From the NCBI GenBank assembly GCA_022573605.1, contig JACZTQ010000001.1:1-33999 (forward strand): a stretch of 33,999 bases of DNA, read 5' to 3'. The notes beneath the pieces are model-generated. The model was not told the origin of the DNA and ran no database searches. It saw nothing but the letters and a program-made list of their open reading frames with translations. The DNA is from Pseudomonadota bacterium. GTDB lineage: Bacteria; Pseudomonadota; Alphaproteobacteria; Rhodobacterales; Rhodobacteraceae. Position numbers and translations under genes: made by a program. This document shows positions 1-10,130 of this stretch, piece after piece. The number at the start of each line of letters is the position of its first letter. The first letter of the stretch is position 1.

Positions 1-584
1 TCGGGATCGCCGAAGCGGCCGTGGTCGCGCATCCGCAAACCGCCCGCATGGCCGCGGTCCACGATCACCCGGTCGGGCACGCCGACCATCCGGGCAAGCC
101 GCACCCCCTTGTCGAGCCAGCCGGCCATCAGCAAGGGCGGCGACGGCTTCTGCATCGAATGGATATCGAGCAGAAAGTCGGCGCTGGCCACCACCGGGCG
201 CACCTCGCGCGCCCGGCGCGCCTCGACCGAGTCGCGCTCCGAGGCCAGCACCTCCGGCGCCCACAGCCGGTTGAAATCCTCGTCCACCCAGCGGCTGGCG
301 TTCGGGTCGGCCGCATCGAATTGCCCGTAGGCCGCGACATTGATGAAACCGAGGGTCAGCCGGCCCCTGAGCGGCCTGATCCCGCGTTGCAGCAGCCAGT
401 CGAGCGCCACCGCCCCGCAGGGCTCGTTGCCGTGCACCAGGGCCGTGATCATCACATGCGGACCGGGCTTTCTGGCCTTGAACGACCACAGGTAGGGAAT
501 GCCCTGATTGCCCGTCGCATAGGCCGTCAGATCCGGCCCGGTCAACTCGACCGGATAGGCGTTCGGAATGTTCAGGCTGGACAT
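1..584 (-). CDS. Succinylglutamate desuccinylase/aspartoacylase family (M14-like zinc carboxypeptidase/deacylase), 3'-partial
   Basis: Not in the ORF track because it runs off the left edge. Manual translation from ATG at 584 (SD GAGGGGAG upstream) gives MSSLNIPNAYPVELTGPDL...VMITALVHGNEPCG...WVDEDFNRLW...FLLDIHSMQ. HGNE, DxNR and LDxHS are the M14/AstE-AspA zinc and substrate motifs. Confidence 0.88.
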   Translation of the reverse strand, partial: MSSLNIPNAYPVELTGPDLTAYATGNQGIPYLWSFKARKPGPHVMITALVHGNEPCGAVALDWLLQRGIRPLRGRLTLGFINVAAYGQFDAADPNASRWVDEDFNRLWAPEVLASERDSVEARRAREVRPVVASADFLLDIHSMQKPSPPLLMAGWLDKGVRLARMVGVPDRVIVDRGHAGGLRMRDHGRFGDP

Positions 585-943
585 GGGCGCGGCTCCCCTC
601 TCAAATCGCCGGCAACGGCAAGGGAGGAACCGTTGACCGGCCCCCGCGTCGCCCCGATCGGTATGATCCTCGAATCGAACCGCAATGCAAGGCCGGCGGC
701 GCGGGCCGCACCACCGAACTGCTGGCCGTTCGAGCGGCTGCTCCGGCCGAGCTTCCCGCTCGATCCGGAGACCGCCTGGAGCGGCTGAGCCGGTCCACGC
801 CCTCGCCAGGCATGCCTCCCACCCGATACCCCTTTGCAATCTCCGGCAAGCTGATAAGGTCCGGATGCCCGCCTTCGGGGCGGGCCAATCTCACAGGTTG
901 TGGGAACACGCCCTTCAAAGGGAAGCTGACAGGGAGGATGCTC

Positions 944-2524
944 ATGTCTAAGTTCAAGCAAACACTTGGAATTCTGGCGGCGACCGCGTTGCTCGGCGGC
1001 CCCGCGATGGCCGAGGAGCTGACCATCGGGCTGGCTTCCGAGCCGACGTCAATGGACCCGCATTTCCACAATCTCGGGCCGAACAACGCGATGAGCCGGC
1101 ATATCTTCGACCGGCTGATCCTCCAGGACGAACGCCAGCAACTGATCCCGGGGCTGGCCACCGAGTGGTACCCGATCGACGACCTGACCTGGGAATTCAA
1201 GCTGCGCCAGGGAGTGACCTATCACGATGGCTCGCCATTCAACGCCGACGACATCGTCTGCTCGTTCAATCGCGCGCCGGATGTACCGAATTCGCCCTCG
1301 TCCTTCGGCATATATACCAAGGGCAAGACGGTGGTGAGGATCGACGACTTCACCATCCATATCAAGACCCCGAGGCCCTATCCGCTGATGGCGAACGACG
1401 TCTCGACCATCGTGATCGTCTCGAGCGACAGCGGCTGCGATGCCACCACCGCGGCGTTCAACGACGGATCGGCGGCAATCGGCACCGGCCCGTTCAAGTT
1501 CGTCAGCTACTCGCCGGGCGATTCCATCGTGGTGGAGCGTAACGACGATTACTGGGGCGAGGCGCCGATCTGGTCGAAAGTGACCTTCAAGCCGCTCAAG
1601 TCCGGTCCGACCCGGCTTGCCGCGCTGCTCGCGGGCGACGTCGATATCATCGAGGGCGTGCCGACGACCGACATCACCATGCTCGCCAAGAACGCCGAAG
1701 TGTCGCTCAGCCAGGGCGTGTCCAACCGGGTGATCTACCTTCATCTCGATCATGACCGCGCCGACTCGCCCTTCGTGAAGGCCAACGGGGGCGGGGCGAT
1801 CGACAACCCGCTGCGCAAGCTCGAGGTCCGCCAGGCGATCTCGATGGCCATCAACCGCGACGCCATTGTCGATCAGGTCATGGAGGGGGTCGCGATCAAG
1901 GCGGGGCAGCTGTTGCCGGATGGCTTCTTCGGCGTCTCGGACAAGTTGGCGCCGGTCGGCTACGATCCCGAAGGGGCCAAGGCGTTGCTGGCGCAAGCCG
2001 GTGTTGGCGACGGTTTCGAGCTGACCATCCACGGGCCGAACGACCGCTATATCAACGACGCCAAGATCGCCGAGGCGATCGGCCAGATGCTGACCCGGAT
2101 CGGCATCAAGACCCAGGTCGAGACCATGCCGCGCTCGATCTACTTCAAGCGCGCCTCGCGCGGCGGCCCCGACGACACACCGGAATTCAGCTTCATCCTG
2201 GTCGGCTGGGGCGCGGGTTCGGGCGAGGCCTCGTCGCCGTTGAAATCCTTGATCCACACCTACGACAGGGAGGCCGGCTTCGGCGCTTCCAATCGCGGCC
2301 GCTATTCCGTCGCCGCGGTCGATGCGTTGATCGAGGAGGCGCTGGCAACCGTCGACGACGAGGAGCGCGCGGCGCTTCTGGCCCAGGCCACGGAGATGGC
2401 GATCAACGATGTCGCGATCATCCCGCTGCACTATCAGGTGAATACCTGGGCGGCGAAAAAGGGGCTGAAATACATCGCCCGCACCGACGAGTATACCCTG
2501 GCGATCGGCGTCATCAAGGAGTGA
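944..2524 (+). CDS. ABC transporter substrate-binding protein, family 5 (Dpp/Opp-like)
   Basis: Start reassigned to ATG 944 (GGAGG 6 nt upstream). Signal peptide MSKFKQTLGILAATALLGGPAMA; motifs PGLATEW, WEFKLRQGVTYHDG, IGTGPFKF, VRQAISMAINRDAI. Confidence 0.93.
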   Translation: MSKFKQTLGILAATALLGGPAMAEELTIGLASEPTSMDPHFHNLGPNNAMSRHIFDRLILQDERQQLIPGLATEWYPIDDLTWEFKLRQGVTYHDGSPFNADDIVCSFNRAPDVPNSPSSFGIYTKGKTVVRIDDFTIHIKTPRPYPLMANDVSTIVIVSSDSGCDATTAAFNDGSAAIGTGPFKFVSYSPGDSIVVERNDDYWGEAPIWSKVTFKPLKSGPTRLAALLAGDVDIIEGVPTTDITMLAKNAEVSLSQGVSNRVIYLHLDHDRADSPFVKANGGGAIDNPLRKLEVRQAISMAINRDAIVDQVMEGVAIKAGQLLPDGFFGVSDKLAPVGYDPEGAKALLAQAGVGDGFELTIHGPNDRYINDAKIAEAIGQMLTRIGIKTQVETMPRSIYFKRASRGGPDDTPEFSFILVGWGAGSGEASSPLKSLIHTYDREAGFGASNRGRYSVAAVDALIEEALATVDDEERAALLAQATEMAINDVAIIPLHYQVNTWAAKKGLKYIARTDEYTLAIGVIKE

Positions 2525-2532
2525 CGCGCCTT

Positions 2533-2558
2533 TAGGGTGGGCCCTCGGGCCCACCCTA
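2533..2558. repeat. Perfect hairpin (REP-like / mRNA-stabilising stem-loop) between binding-protein and permease genes
   Basis: TAGGGTGGGCCC-TC-GGGCCCACCCTA, a 12-bp perfect inverted repeat with no U-tract. Confidence 0.7.
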
Positions 2559-2583
2559 CCGTCTCGGCACGCGGGGCCGCCAC

Positions 2584-3561
2584 ATGACAGTGTTCATCAT
2601 TCGCCGTCTGCTTCAGGCGGCCCTGGTCGTGCTGCTGATGTCGTTGATCGTCTTCTTCGGCGTGAACGTCATCGGCGACCCGATCGACATGCTGATCAAT
2701 CCGGAGGCGGACCAGGCGGAGATCGAGCGCGCGATCAAGGCCCTCGGCCTCGACCGGCCGATCGGCGAGCAGTATCTGTTCTTCCTCAAGGGGGTGGCCA
2801 CGGGCGATTTCGGCCGCTCCTTCATTTTCGGCGAGCCGGCGCTGAAGCTGATCCTGCACCACATGCCGGCGACCGTGGAACTGGCGCTGACGGCTTTGAT
2901 CCTGGCGATCCTGATCGGCATCCCGCTCGGCCTTTTCGCCGGGCTCTATCCGGACCATCCGGTCTCGCGCGCGATCATGGCCGGCTCGATCCTCGGCTTC
3001 TCGCTGCCGACCTTCTGGGTCGGACTGATGATGATCATACTGTTTGCGGTCGTGCTCGGGTGGCTGCCGGCGACCGGGCGGGGCGATACGGCGGTCTTTC
3101 TCGGCATCAAGTCGAGCGCCTTTACCCGCGACGGGCTCAGCCACCTGGCCATGCCCGCCCTGAACCTGGCGCTGCTCAAGATCAGCCTGGTGATCCGCCT
3201 GACCCGGGCCGGCGCGCGCGAGGCGATGCACCAGGACTATATCAAGTTCGCCCGCGCCAAGGGCCTCAGAACCCGCCGGGTGATCGGGGTGCATCTGCTC
3301 AAGAACATCATGATTCCGGTGGTCACGGTGCTGGGTCTGGAATTTGGCAACCTGCTGGCCTTCTCGGTCGTGACCGAGTCGATTTTCGCCTGGCCGGGCA
3401 TGGGCAAGCTGCTGATCGAGTCGCTGCTGCAACTCGACCGCCCCGTCGTGGTCGCCTATCTGATGATTATCGTTGTGGTCTTCGTCATCATCAATCTGGC
3501 CGTGGACATCCTCTACTCGATCCTCGATCCGCGCGTCCGGCTGCGGGAACAGGGCACATGA
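2584..3561 (+). CDS. Peptide ABC transporter permease (DppB/OppB-like)
   Basis: FIIRRLLQA N-terminus, GLDRPIGEQY, EAA-type loop DYIKFARAKGL, C-terminal DILYSILDPRVR. Confidence 0.93.
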   Translation: MTVFIIRRLLQAALVVLLMSLIVFFGVNVIGDPIDMLINPEADQAEIERAIKALGLDRPIGEQYLFFLKGVATGDFGRSFIFGEPALKLILHHMPATVELALTALILAILIGIPLGLFAGLYPDHPVSRAIMAGSILGFSLPTFWVGLMMIILFAVVLGWLPATGRGDTAVFLGIKSSAFTRDGLSHLAMPALNLALLKISLVIRLTRAGAREAMHQDYIKFARAKGLRTRRVIGVHLLKNIMIPVVTVLGLEFGNLLAFSVVTESIFAWPGMGKLLIESLLQLDRPVVVAYLMIIVVVFVIINLAVDILYSILDPRVRLREQGT

Positions 3562-4475
3562 GCGTTCCGGCCGACAGCGCGCCGGGCGCGCCGGAAATCG
3601 GGGTCGAGACGCCCTTCCAACGCTTTCGCGCGGAGTTCTTCGAGAGCTGGATCGCCGCTTTCGCGCTCGGGCTCCTCGGCCTGATCGTCGTGCTGGCGCT
3701 GCTCGCGCCCTGGATCACGCCGCAGAATCCCTACGACCTGGGCCAGGTCGACGTGCTGGACGGCAAGCTGCCGCCGGGCTCCCGGGCCTACACCGGCTAC
3801 ACCATGTGGCTGGGCTCGGACGGGGCCGGGCGCGATCTCTATTCCGCCATTCTCTACGGTTTGCGCATTTCGATCTCGGTCGGCGTCGCCTCCGGCGTTA
3901 TCGCCCTGGTGATCGGCTCGACCATCGGCCTGATCGCGGCGTATGCCGGCGGGCGGGTGGAGACGGTGGTGATGCGGCTGGTCGACCTCCAGCTTTCGTT
4001 TCCGGCGGCCCTGATCGCCTTGATGCTGGTGGCGGTTATGGGCCGTGGCATCGACAAGATCATCATCGCGCTGGTCGCCGCCCAATGGGCCTACTATGCC
4101 CGCACCGTTCGCGCCTCCGCTCTGGTGGAGAGCGCCAAGGAGTATGTCGAGGCGGCGCGCTGCCTTGGCCTCGGCCACGCGCGGATCGTCTTTCGGCACA
4201 TCCTGCCGAACTGCATGGCGCCGCTGATCGTGGTTGGAACGGTGCAGACGGCCCACGCCATCGCGCTCGAGGCGACGCTCAGTTTCCTCGGTGTCGGGTT
4301 GCGCCAGACCGAGCCGTCGCTCGGCGTGCTGATCGCCAACGGCTTCGAATACATGATGTCGGGGCGCTACTGGATCAGTTTCTTCCCCGGCATCGCGCTG
4401 TTGCTGACCATCGTGTCGATCAATCTCGTCGGCGACCAGCTGCGCGACGTTCTGAACCCGAGGCTGAAGAAATGA
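3558..4475 (+). CDS. Peptide ABC transporter permease (DppC/OppC-like)
   Basis: ATGA overlap with the previous stop gives start 3558. Motifs WLGSDGAGRDLYS, EYVEAARCLG, RHILPN, GDQLRDVLNPR. Confidence 0.93.
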   Translation: MSVPADSAPGAPEIGVETPFQRFRAEFFESWIAAFALGLLGLIVVLALLAPWITPQNPYDLGQVDVLDGKLPPGSRAYTGYTMWLGSDGAGRDLYSAILYGLRISISVGVASGVIALVIGSTIGLIAAYAGGRVETVVMRLVDLQLSFPAALIALMLVAVMGRGIDKIIIALVAAQWAYYARTVRASALVESAKEYVEAARCLGLGHARIVFRHILPNCMAPLIVVGTVQTAHAIALEATLSFLGVGLRQTEPSLGVLIANGFEYMMSGRYWISFFPGIALLLTIVSINLVGDQLRDVLNPRLKK

Positions 4476-5446
4476 GCGTGCTGGAGGTCGCCGGGCTGCG
4501 GACCCATTTCTTCACCCGCGCCGGGGTGGTGAAAGCGGTGGACGGGGTGGATTTCACGCTTCAGCGCGGCGAGGTGATGGGTCTGGTCGGCGAATCCGGT
4601 TCCGGCAAGACCGTCACCGGCTTTTCGATCCTCGGCCTGGTCGACCCTCCGGGGCGGATCGTCGGCGGCTCGATCCGCTATCGGGGCGAGGAGCTTGTCG
4701 GCGCGCCCGACGAGCGTCTGCGCGAGCTTCGCGGGAACCGGATCGCGATGATCTTCCAGGACCCGATGATGACCCTGAACCCGGTGCTTCGCATCGACAC
4801 CCAGATGGTCGAGGCGATCCAGGCGCATGAGAGGGTGCCGAAAAAGGCCGCCTGGGAGCGCGCCCGCGACGGTCTCGGCCAGGTCGGCATCCCGTCGCCC
4901 GAGGAGCGGCTGCGGGCCTATCCCCACCAGCTCTCCGGCGGCATGCGCCAGCGGGTCACGATCGCGATTGCGTTCCTGAACGCCCCGGAGCTGATCATCG
5001 CCGACGAGCCGACCACGGCGCTCGATGTCACCATCCAGGCGCAGATCATCTACCAGGCCCAGAAGGTCTGCCGCGAGCGCGGCGCGGCAATGATCTGGAT
5101 CACCCACGATCTGGCGGTCGTCGCCGGCCTCGCCGACCGCATCTGCGTCATGTATGCCGGCCGGATCGTCGAGGCCGGACCGACCGACGACGTGATCGAC
5201 CGGCCGTTGCACCCCTACACCGTCGGGCTGCTGGGTTCGGTCCCGTCGGCGAACAAACGCGGCCAGAGGCTCAACCAGATCCCGGGCATGACGCCCAACA
5301 TGCTGGCCCTGCCCAAGGGCTGCGCCTTCCGCGAGCGCTGTGCTCGCGCCGGGGACGCCTGTCTGGCCGAGCCCGGCATCACCGAACCCGCCGCCGGGCG
5401 CGCGCTTCGCTGCTTTCACCCGCATGGCATCGAGGTTCCCGCATGA
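4472..5446 (+). CDS. Peptide ABC transporter ATP-binding protein (DppD/OppD-like)
   Basis: ATGA overlap gives start 4472. Walker A GESGSGKT, signature LSGGMRQR, Walker [10 protein letters not shown]-terminal Cys motif GCAFRERC. Confidence 0.94.
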   Translation: MSVLEVAGLRTHFFTRAGVVKAVDGVDFTLQRGEVMGLVGESGSGKTVTGFSILGLVDPPGRIVGGSIRYRGEELVGAPDERLRELRGNRIAMIFQDPMMTLNPVLRIDTQMVEAIQAHERVPKKAAWERARDGLGQVGIPSPEERLRAYPHQLSGGMRQRVTIAIAFLNAPELIIADEPTTALDVTIQAQIIYQAQKVCRERGAAMIWITHDLAVVAGLADRICVMYAGRIVEAGPTDDVIDRPLHPYTVGLLGSVPSANKRGQRLNQIPGMTPNMLALPKGCAFRERCARAGDACLAEPGITEPAAGRALRCFHPHGIEVPA

Positions 5447-6447
5447 GCGTGCCGCTGATCGAGGTCCGCGGCGTGACCAAGCATTTCGTCAAACGCCTGG
5501 ACCTGGCCGGCAAGATTGCCCGGCGCCTTGGCGCCGATGTCGACGAGGAGGTGGTCCACGCGGTCGATGCGGTCGACCTCGCGGTGAGGCCCGGCGAAGT
5601 CGTCGGCCTCGCCGGCGAGTCGGGCTGCGGCAAGTCCACGCTGGGGCGGATGATGGCCGGAATCCTGCCGCCCACCGACGGCGAGATCCTGTTCGAGGGG
5701 ATCGCCGCCTCCGAGATGAGCGGCGCCCAGCGCCGCGCCGCGACGCTTGCCGTCCAGATGATCTTCCAGGACCCGTTCGCCAGTCTCAATCCCCGCCTGC
5801 GGGTCGAGCAGATCATCGGCGAGGCGCCGCTGGTGCACGGACTGGTCGATCGCGGCGGCCTGTCCGACTACGTCGATGACATCATGCGCAATGTCCGGCT
5901 CGATCCGGCCTTGAAACGGCGCTATCCACACCAGTTCTCGGGTGGACAGCGCCAGCGGATCGGCATCGCCCGGGCGCTCGCGGTGCGGCCGCGCTTCCTG
6001 GTTTGCGACGAGGCGATCGCATCGCTCGACGTCTCGATTCAGGCGCAGGTGCTGAACCTGTTCATGGACCTGCGCGAAGAGTTCGACCTGACTTATCTGT
6101 TCATCTCGCACGACCTCTCGGTGGTCGAGCACATCGCCGATCGGGTGGTGATCATGTATCTCGGCCGGATCGTCGAAAGCGCGCCGACGGAACAGCTTTT
6201 CAGTGCGCCGCGTCACCCCTATACCCAGGCGCTGCTGGCCGACGTGCCGCGACTGGATCAGCGAAAACATGATTTCTCGCCGGTCGCGGGCGAGATCCCG
6301 TCGCCGCTCGATCCGCCGCCGGGATGTCATTTCCACCCGCGCTGCCCGCATGCGATGCCGATTTGCCGGACGCAGCAACCGGTTCTGCGCGAGATCGCGC
6401 CGGGCGCCTTTTCGGCCTGCCACCTGGATGGGAACTCCGGGACATGA
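5443..6447 (+). CDS. Peptide ABC transporter ATP-binding protein (DppF/OppF-like)
   Basis: GESGCGKST, FSGGQRQR, VCDEAIASLD, GCHFHPRCP; ATGA overlap with the previous gene. Confidence 0.94.
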   Translation: MSVPLIEVRGVTKHFVKRLDLAGKIARRLGADVDEEVVHAVDAVDLAVRPGEVVGLAGESGCGKSTLGRMMAGILPPTDGEILFEGIAASEMSGAQRRAATLAVQMIFQDPFASLNPRLRVEQIIGEAPLVHGLVDRGGLSDYVDDIMRNVRLDPALKRRYPHQFSGGQRQRIGIARALAVRPRFLVCDEAIASLDVSIQAQVLNLFMDLREEFDLTYLFISHDLSVVEHIADRVVIMYLGRIVESAPTEQLFSAPRHPYTQALLADVPRLDQRKHDFSPVAGEIPSPLDPPPGCHFHPRCPHAMPICRTQQPVLREIAPGAFSACHLDGNSGT

Positions 6448-6531
6448 GCGGGCCTGTCCCGCGCGGGCTCACGTCGTAATCGGCGGCGTCCTCGGTTCGG
6501 ACCAGGGAAACAACCTGTCGAAAGCTCACAT

Positions 6532-6684
6532 CTAGAGCAAATTCCACCCAGGCAGAACCACGTCATGCTCGTGCTTGACACGGGCATCCAGGTCTTAAAC
6601 GGTTGATTTAAAGACTGGATTGCCGGGTCAAGCCCGGCAATGACAACGGGGAGAGCGACTCTGCTTGAGTGGAATTTGCTCTAG
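6532..6684. mobile_element. Nested palindromic element (MITE/REP-like), 153 bp
   Basis: Outer 25-bp inverted repeats: CTAGAGCAAATTCCACCCAGGCAGA (6532-6556) and TCTGCTTGAGTGGAATTTGCTCTAG (6660-6684), two mismatches. Inner pair: GTCATGCTCGTGCTTGACACGGGCATCCA (6562-6590) and TGGATTGCCGGGTCAAGCCCGGCAATGAC (6616-6644). CTAG at both ends. Confidence 0.75.
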
Positions 6685-7472
6685 TGCTGGAGAATCTGGC
6701 TGAGGAACAGCTTGGTGCGGGGGTGCTGCGGGTTGTTGAAGAATTCGAAGGGTTCGTTCTGCTCGACGATGTCGCCCTCGTCCATGAAGATCACCCGGTC
6801 GGCGACGGTCTTGGCAAAACCCATCTCGTGGCTCACCACGATCATCGTCATGCCGGTGTCGGCGAGTTCGATCATGACGTCGAGCACCTCCTTGATCATC
6901 TCCGGGTCGAGCGCCGAGGTGGGCTCGTCGAACAGCATGATCTTCGGGTTCATGCAGAGCGAACGGGCGATCGCCACGCGCTGCTGCTGACCGCCCGAGA
7001 GCTGGCCCGGGTATTTGTTGGCCTGCTCGGGGATCTTGACCCGGGTGAGATACTTCATCGCCGCTTCCTGGGCTTCGGCCTTGGGTGTCTTGCGGGTCCA
7101 GATCGGCCCCAGGGTGAGGTTCTCCAGCACGGTGAGATGGGGAAACAGGTTGAAGCTCTGGAACACCATGCCCACTTCCCGGCGAATATGGTCGATGTGC
7201 TTGAGATTCTTGTCCAGCAGTATGCCATCGACGACGATGTCGCCTTCCTGATGCTCCTCGAGGCGGTTGATGCAGCGGATCAGGGTCGATTTACCCGACC
7301 CGGACGGCCCGCAGACGACGATCCGCTCGCCCTTGTGGACCACCAGGTCGATGTCCTTCAGGGCGTGGAAGGCGCCATACCATTTATTGACCTTGTTGAG
7401 CTGGATGATGACCTCGGTCGAAGCGGCGGAGGCCAGTTGGCCCGGGGTGTCCTGGGTGTCGGTGGATGTCAT
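6681..7472 (-). CDS. aapP: Amino acid ABC transporter ATP-binding protein AapP
   Basis: [50 protein letters not shown]; last gene of the J-Q-M-P order. Confidence 0.93.
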   Translation of the reverse strand: MTSTDTQDTPGQLASAASTEVIIQLNKVNKWYGAFHALKDIDLVVHKGERIVVCGPSGSGKSTLIRCINRLEEHQEGDIVVDGILLDKNLKHIDHIRREVGMVFQSFNLFPHLTVLENLTLGPIWTRKTPKAEAQEAAMKYLTRVKIPEQANKYPGQLSGGQQQRVAIARSLCMNPKIMLFDEPTSALDPEMIKEVLDVMIELADTGMTMIVVSHEMGFAKTVADRVIFMDEGDIVEQNEPFEFFNNPQHPRTKLFLSQILQH

Positions 7473-7497
7473 TGTTCTCTCCCCCGGTCTTTCCGGA

Positions 7498-8826
7498 TCA
7501 ACGTTTGGCGCCGGCTGAAAGTTTCACTTCCAGATGCCGGCTGTATTTCGACATGACCGAGCAGACGACGAAGAAAACCACCGCGCCGAACAGCAGCGGT
7601 TCCTTGTGCAGCCCGCGCCAGGGCACGTCCTGACTGACCGAGCGCAGCATGCCCAGGATGTCGAACAGTCCGATGATCGACACCAGGGTGGTGTCCTTCA
7701 GCAGCCCGATGAAGCTGCCGACGATATTCGGAATCATGTGCTTGAGGGCCTGGGGCATGACGATCAGCCCCATCATTCCCCAATAGCCGAGGCCGATGGT
7801 ATGGGCGGCCTCGTACTGGCCCCTGGGAATGGCCTGGAGGCCGGCGCGAACGGTCTCGGCCATGTAGCAGGCGGAAAACAGCGACACCGCGATGATGACC
7901 TGAACCAGCTTGTTGAGGACGAAGCCTTCAGGCATGAACAGCGGGAACATGGTGGTGGCCATGAACAGCACGGTAATCAGCGGCACCGAGCGGAACAGTT
8001 CGATGAACGCCGTGCTCATGACCCGGATGACCGGCATCTTGGAGCGCCGGCCGAGGGCCAGGATGATGCCGCCCGGAAGCGCCGTGGCGATGCCGATTCC
8101 CGAGATCACCAGGGTGAGGAACATGCCGCCCCATTTGGACCAGGGAACCACCTCTTCGGTCCAGCCCGTTTGCAGGGCATAGCCCACCGCAAGGGCGGCC
8201 GCGAGAAGGACCAGAAGGGTGTTGCGCTGGGTCGCCTCCGGCGCCTGATCCTTGCCCAGCCAGCGGAGCAGGGTGTCCGGCAGGCCGCGGCCGCTGGACA
8301 CCCCGATGATCGCATGCGCGGTATTGCCGGCCAGGCAGACCATCGCCAGGGTGACCATGACCTGCATGAACAGCGACTTGTCGCCGCCGGCGAAGAGATA
8401 ACCGGCGAGGAAGGGATAGAGGAACACCGTGGACAGGCCGATGAAGATCTTGGCCCTGACCCGGGGCAGCCAAAGCGGCGCCATCCACAGGACCAGCAGC
8501 AAGCCGCCGAGATTGACCCGCCACAGTTCGGTCCTCGGGTAGCGGCCGTAGAAGATATTGTCGATCCACTGGATGACGCCGGCCCAGCAGGCGCCATCGA
8601 TGCTGATATCGAAACATTCGCGCCGGTCCTTGGCCACCCAGACGGCATCGGCCACGCCCCAGATCCACAACCCCTTCACCACCACATAGATGATGTAGAG
8701 GCAGATCAGGGTGAGGACGGCGTTGAGCACGGTGCTGAAAAGATTCTTGTGCAGCCACCCGATCACCGTGGTCTCCGACAGGGGGGCGGTCCGGGACGAC
8801 GTGGGCTGCGTTCTGACCACGACCAT
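7498..8826 (-). CDS. aapM: Amino acid ABC transporter permease AapM
   Basis: True start at ATG 8826, just after the aapQ stop. [48 protein letters not shown]. Confidence 0.9.
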   Translation of the reverse strand: MVVVRTQPTSSRTAPLSETTVIGWLHKNLFSTVLNAVLTLICLYIIYVVVKGLWIWGVADAVWVAKDRRECFDISIDGACWAGVIQWIDNIFYGRYPRTELWRVNLGGLLLVLWMAPLWLPRVRAKIFIGLSTVFLYPFLAGYLFAGGDKSLFMQVMVTLAMVCLAGNTAHAIIGVSSGRGLPDTLLRWLGKDQAPEATQRNTLLVLLAAALAVGYALQTGWTEEVVPWSKWGGMFLTLVISGIGIATALPGGIILALGRRSKMPVIRVMSTAFIELFRSVPLITVLFMATTMFPLFMPEGFVLNKLVQVIIAVSLFSACYMAETVRAGLQAIPRGQYEAAHTIGLGYWGMMGLIVMPQALKHMIPNIVGSFIGLLKDTTLVSIIGLFDILGMLRSVSQDVPWRGLHKEPLLFGAVVFFVVCSVMSKYSRHLEVKLSAGAKR

Positions 8827-8828
8827 GA

Positions 8829-10046
8829 TCAGCGCTCCACCAGTTGGACGCGTTTGTTGTAGATGTTCAGCAGGCCCGATATCGAGAGGCTGACGGTCAT
8901 GTAGAACGCCATTGTCATGCCGACCATCTCGACCGCGTAACCGGCCTGGTTCAGCGCCGTCTGCATGAACAGCGCGACCACGTCCGAATAGCCGATGGCG
9001 ACGGCCAGCGAGGAATTCTTGACCACGTTCATGCAATTGCTGATCAGCGGCGGAACGATGGCCCGCATGGCCTGGGGAATGATCACCAGGGCCAGCACCC
9101 GGTTCTGTTTGAGGCCGATCGACAGCGCCGCGTCGCTTTGACCCGTGTCCACCGAGAGGATGCCGGCGCGCACGGCTTCGGCGAGATGCGCCGCATGATA
9201 GAAGGTCAGGGCGACCAGCAGCGCCAGGAAAGCCGGCGGCAGGCTGACGCCGCCCTTGAAGTTGAAGCCCTGGAGCGACGGGATATCCCAGTCGAGCGGA
9301 GACCCGGTCGCCAGATAGGCGATTCCCGGCACAACGATCAGCAGGCCCATGGAGGCCGAGAAGGTCGGGAATACCTGGCCGGTCAGGTCCTGGCGCTTGT
9401 GAGCCCAGCGGCTGAGAAAGAACACGCCGATGACTGCGGCGACAAAGGCCACGATGGTCATCCAGAACAGATCGCCGGGGACCGGCGAGGCCGCATACAG
9501 GCCGCGATTGTTGAGGAACACGACCTCCGCGCCGCCGGAAAGATCGATGCTGTTCTTGACCCTGGGCAGGATCGAGAAGACCGCGACATACCAGAAGATG
9601 ATCTGCATCAGCAGTGGGGTGTTGCGAAGGATCTCCACATAGACCAGCGCCAGCCGGGCGACCAGCCAATTGGAGGAAAGCCTCAAAATGCCGACGAAGA
9701 AACCGAGTACGGTGCTGGCGATGATCGCGAAGAACGAGATCAGAAGGGTGTTGAGGACGCCGATGAAGAAGATGCGGCGGTAGGTCCCGATGCCGGGCTC
9801 GTATTCGATCAGCTTGAAGTCGGTGTCGAACCCGGCGGTGGCGGTGAGGAAGCCGAAGCCGGTGTTCATCCCGCGCACTTCGAGATTGTGGGCGGTGGTG
9901 GTGATCAGATACCAGGCGAGCCAGCCGACGGTGCCGGCGGTCAGAAGCTGATAGAAGATCGAGCGCACCCGCTCGTCGTGGAAAAAGTCGAACCGCTCTT
10001 TCGGCTTGACCCGCACCGATGCGCTATCGGTTTCACTGACGGCCAT
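8829..10046 (-). CDS. aapQ: Amino acid ABC transporter permease AapQ
   Basis: GFGFL-xxxAGF, LRLSSNWL, YVEILRNTPLL, NNRGLY, AEAVRAGI, KNSSLAVAIGY. Confidence 0.92.
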   Translation of the reverse strand: MAVSETDSASVRVKPKERFDFFHDERVRSIFYQLLTAGTVGWLAWYLITTTAHNLEVRGMNTGFGFLTATAGFDTDFKLIEYEPGIGTYRRIFFIGVLNTLLISFFAIIASTVLGFFVGILRLSSNWLVARLALVYVEILRNTPLLMQIIFWYVAVFSILPRVKNSIDLSGGAEVVFLNNRGLYAASPVPGDLFWMTIVAFVAAVIGVFFLSRWAHKRQDLTGQVFPTFSASMGLLIVVPGIAYLATGSPLDWDIPSLQGFNFKGGVSLPPAFLALLVALTFYHAAHLAEAVRAGILSVDTGQSDAALSIGLKQNRVLALVIIPQAMRAIVPPLISNCMNVVKNSSLAVAIGYSDVVALFMQTALNQAGYAVEMVGMTMAFYMTVSLSISGLLNIYNKRVQLVER

Positions 10047-10083
10047 GATCGTTGGACCCTGATGTTACCGCAGGCTCAATCCG

Positions 10084-10121
10084 AGAAAACGGCGCCAGCC
10101 CTCGATCGGGGCCGGCGCCGT
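10084..10121 (-). terminator. Intrinsic terminator-like stem-loop after aapJ
   Basis: Minus strand reads ACGGCGCCGGCCC-CGATCGA-GGGCTGGCGCCGT followed by TTTCT, ~10 nt after the aapJ stop. Confidence 0.6.
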
Positions 10122-10130
10122 CAGATCATC

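Noticed and set aside
21-788. 255-aa plus-strand ORF
   Set aside because: Antisense shadow of the minus-strand M14-family gene, which has clear catalytic motifs.
7498-8826. AapM longer than a minimal permease (442 aa)
   Set aside because: Extra membrane segments are within the known variation of AapM/BztC proteins.
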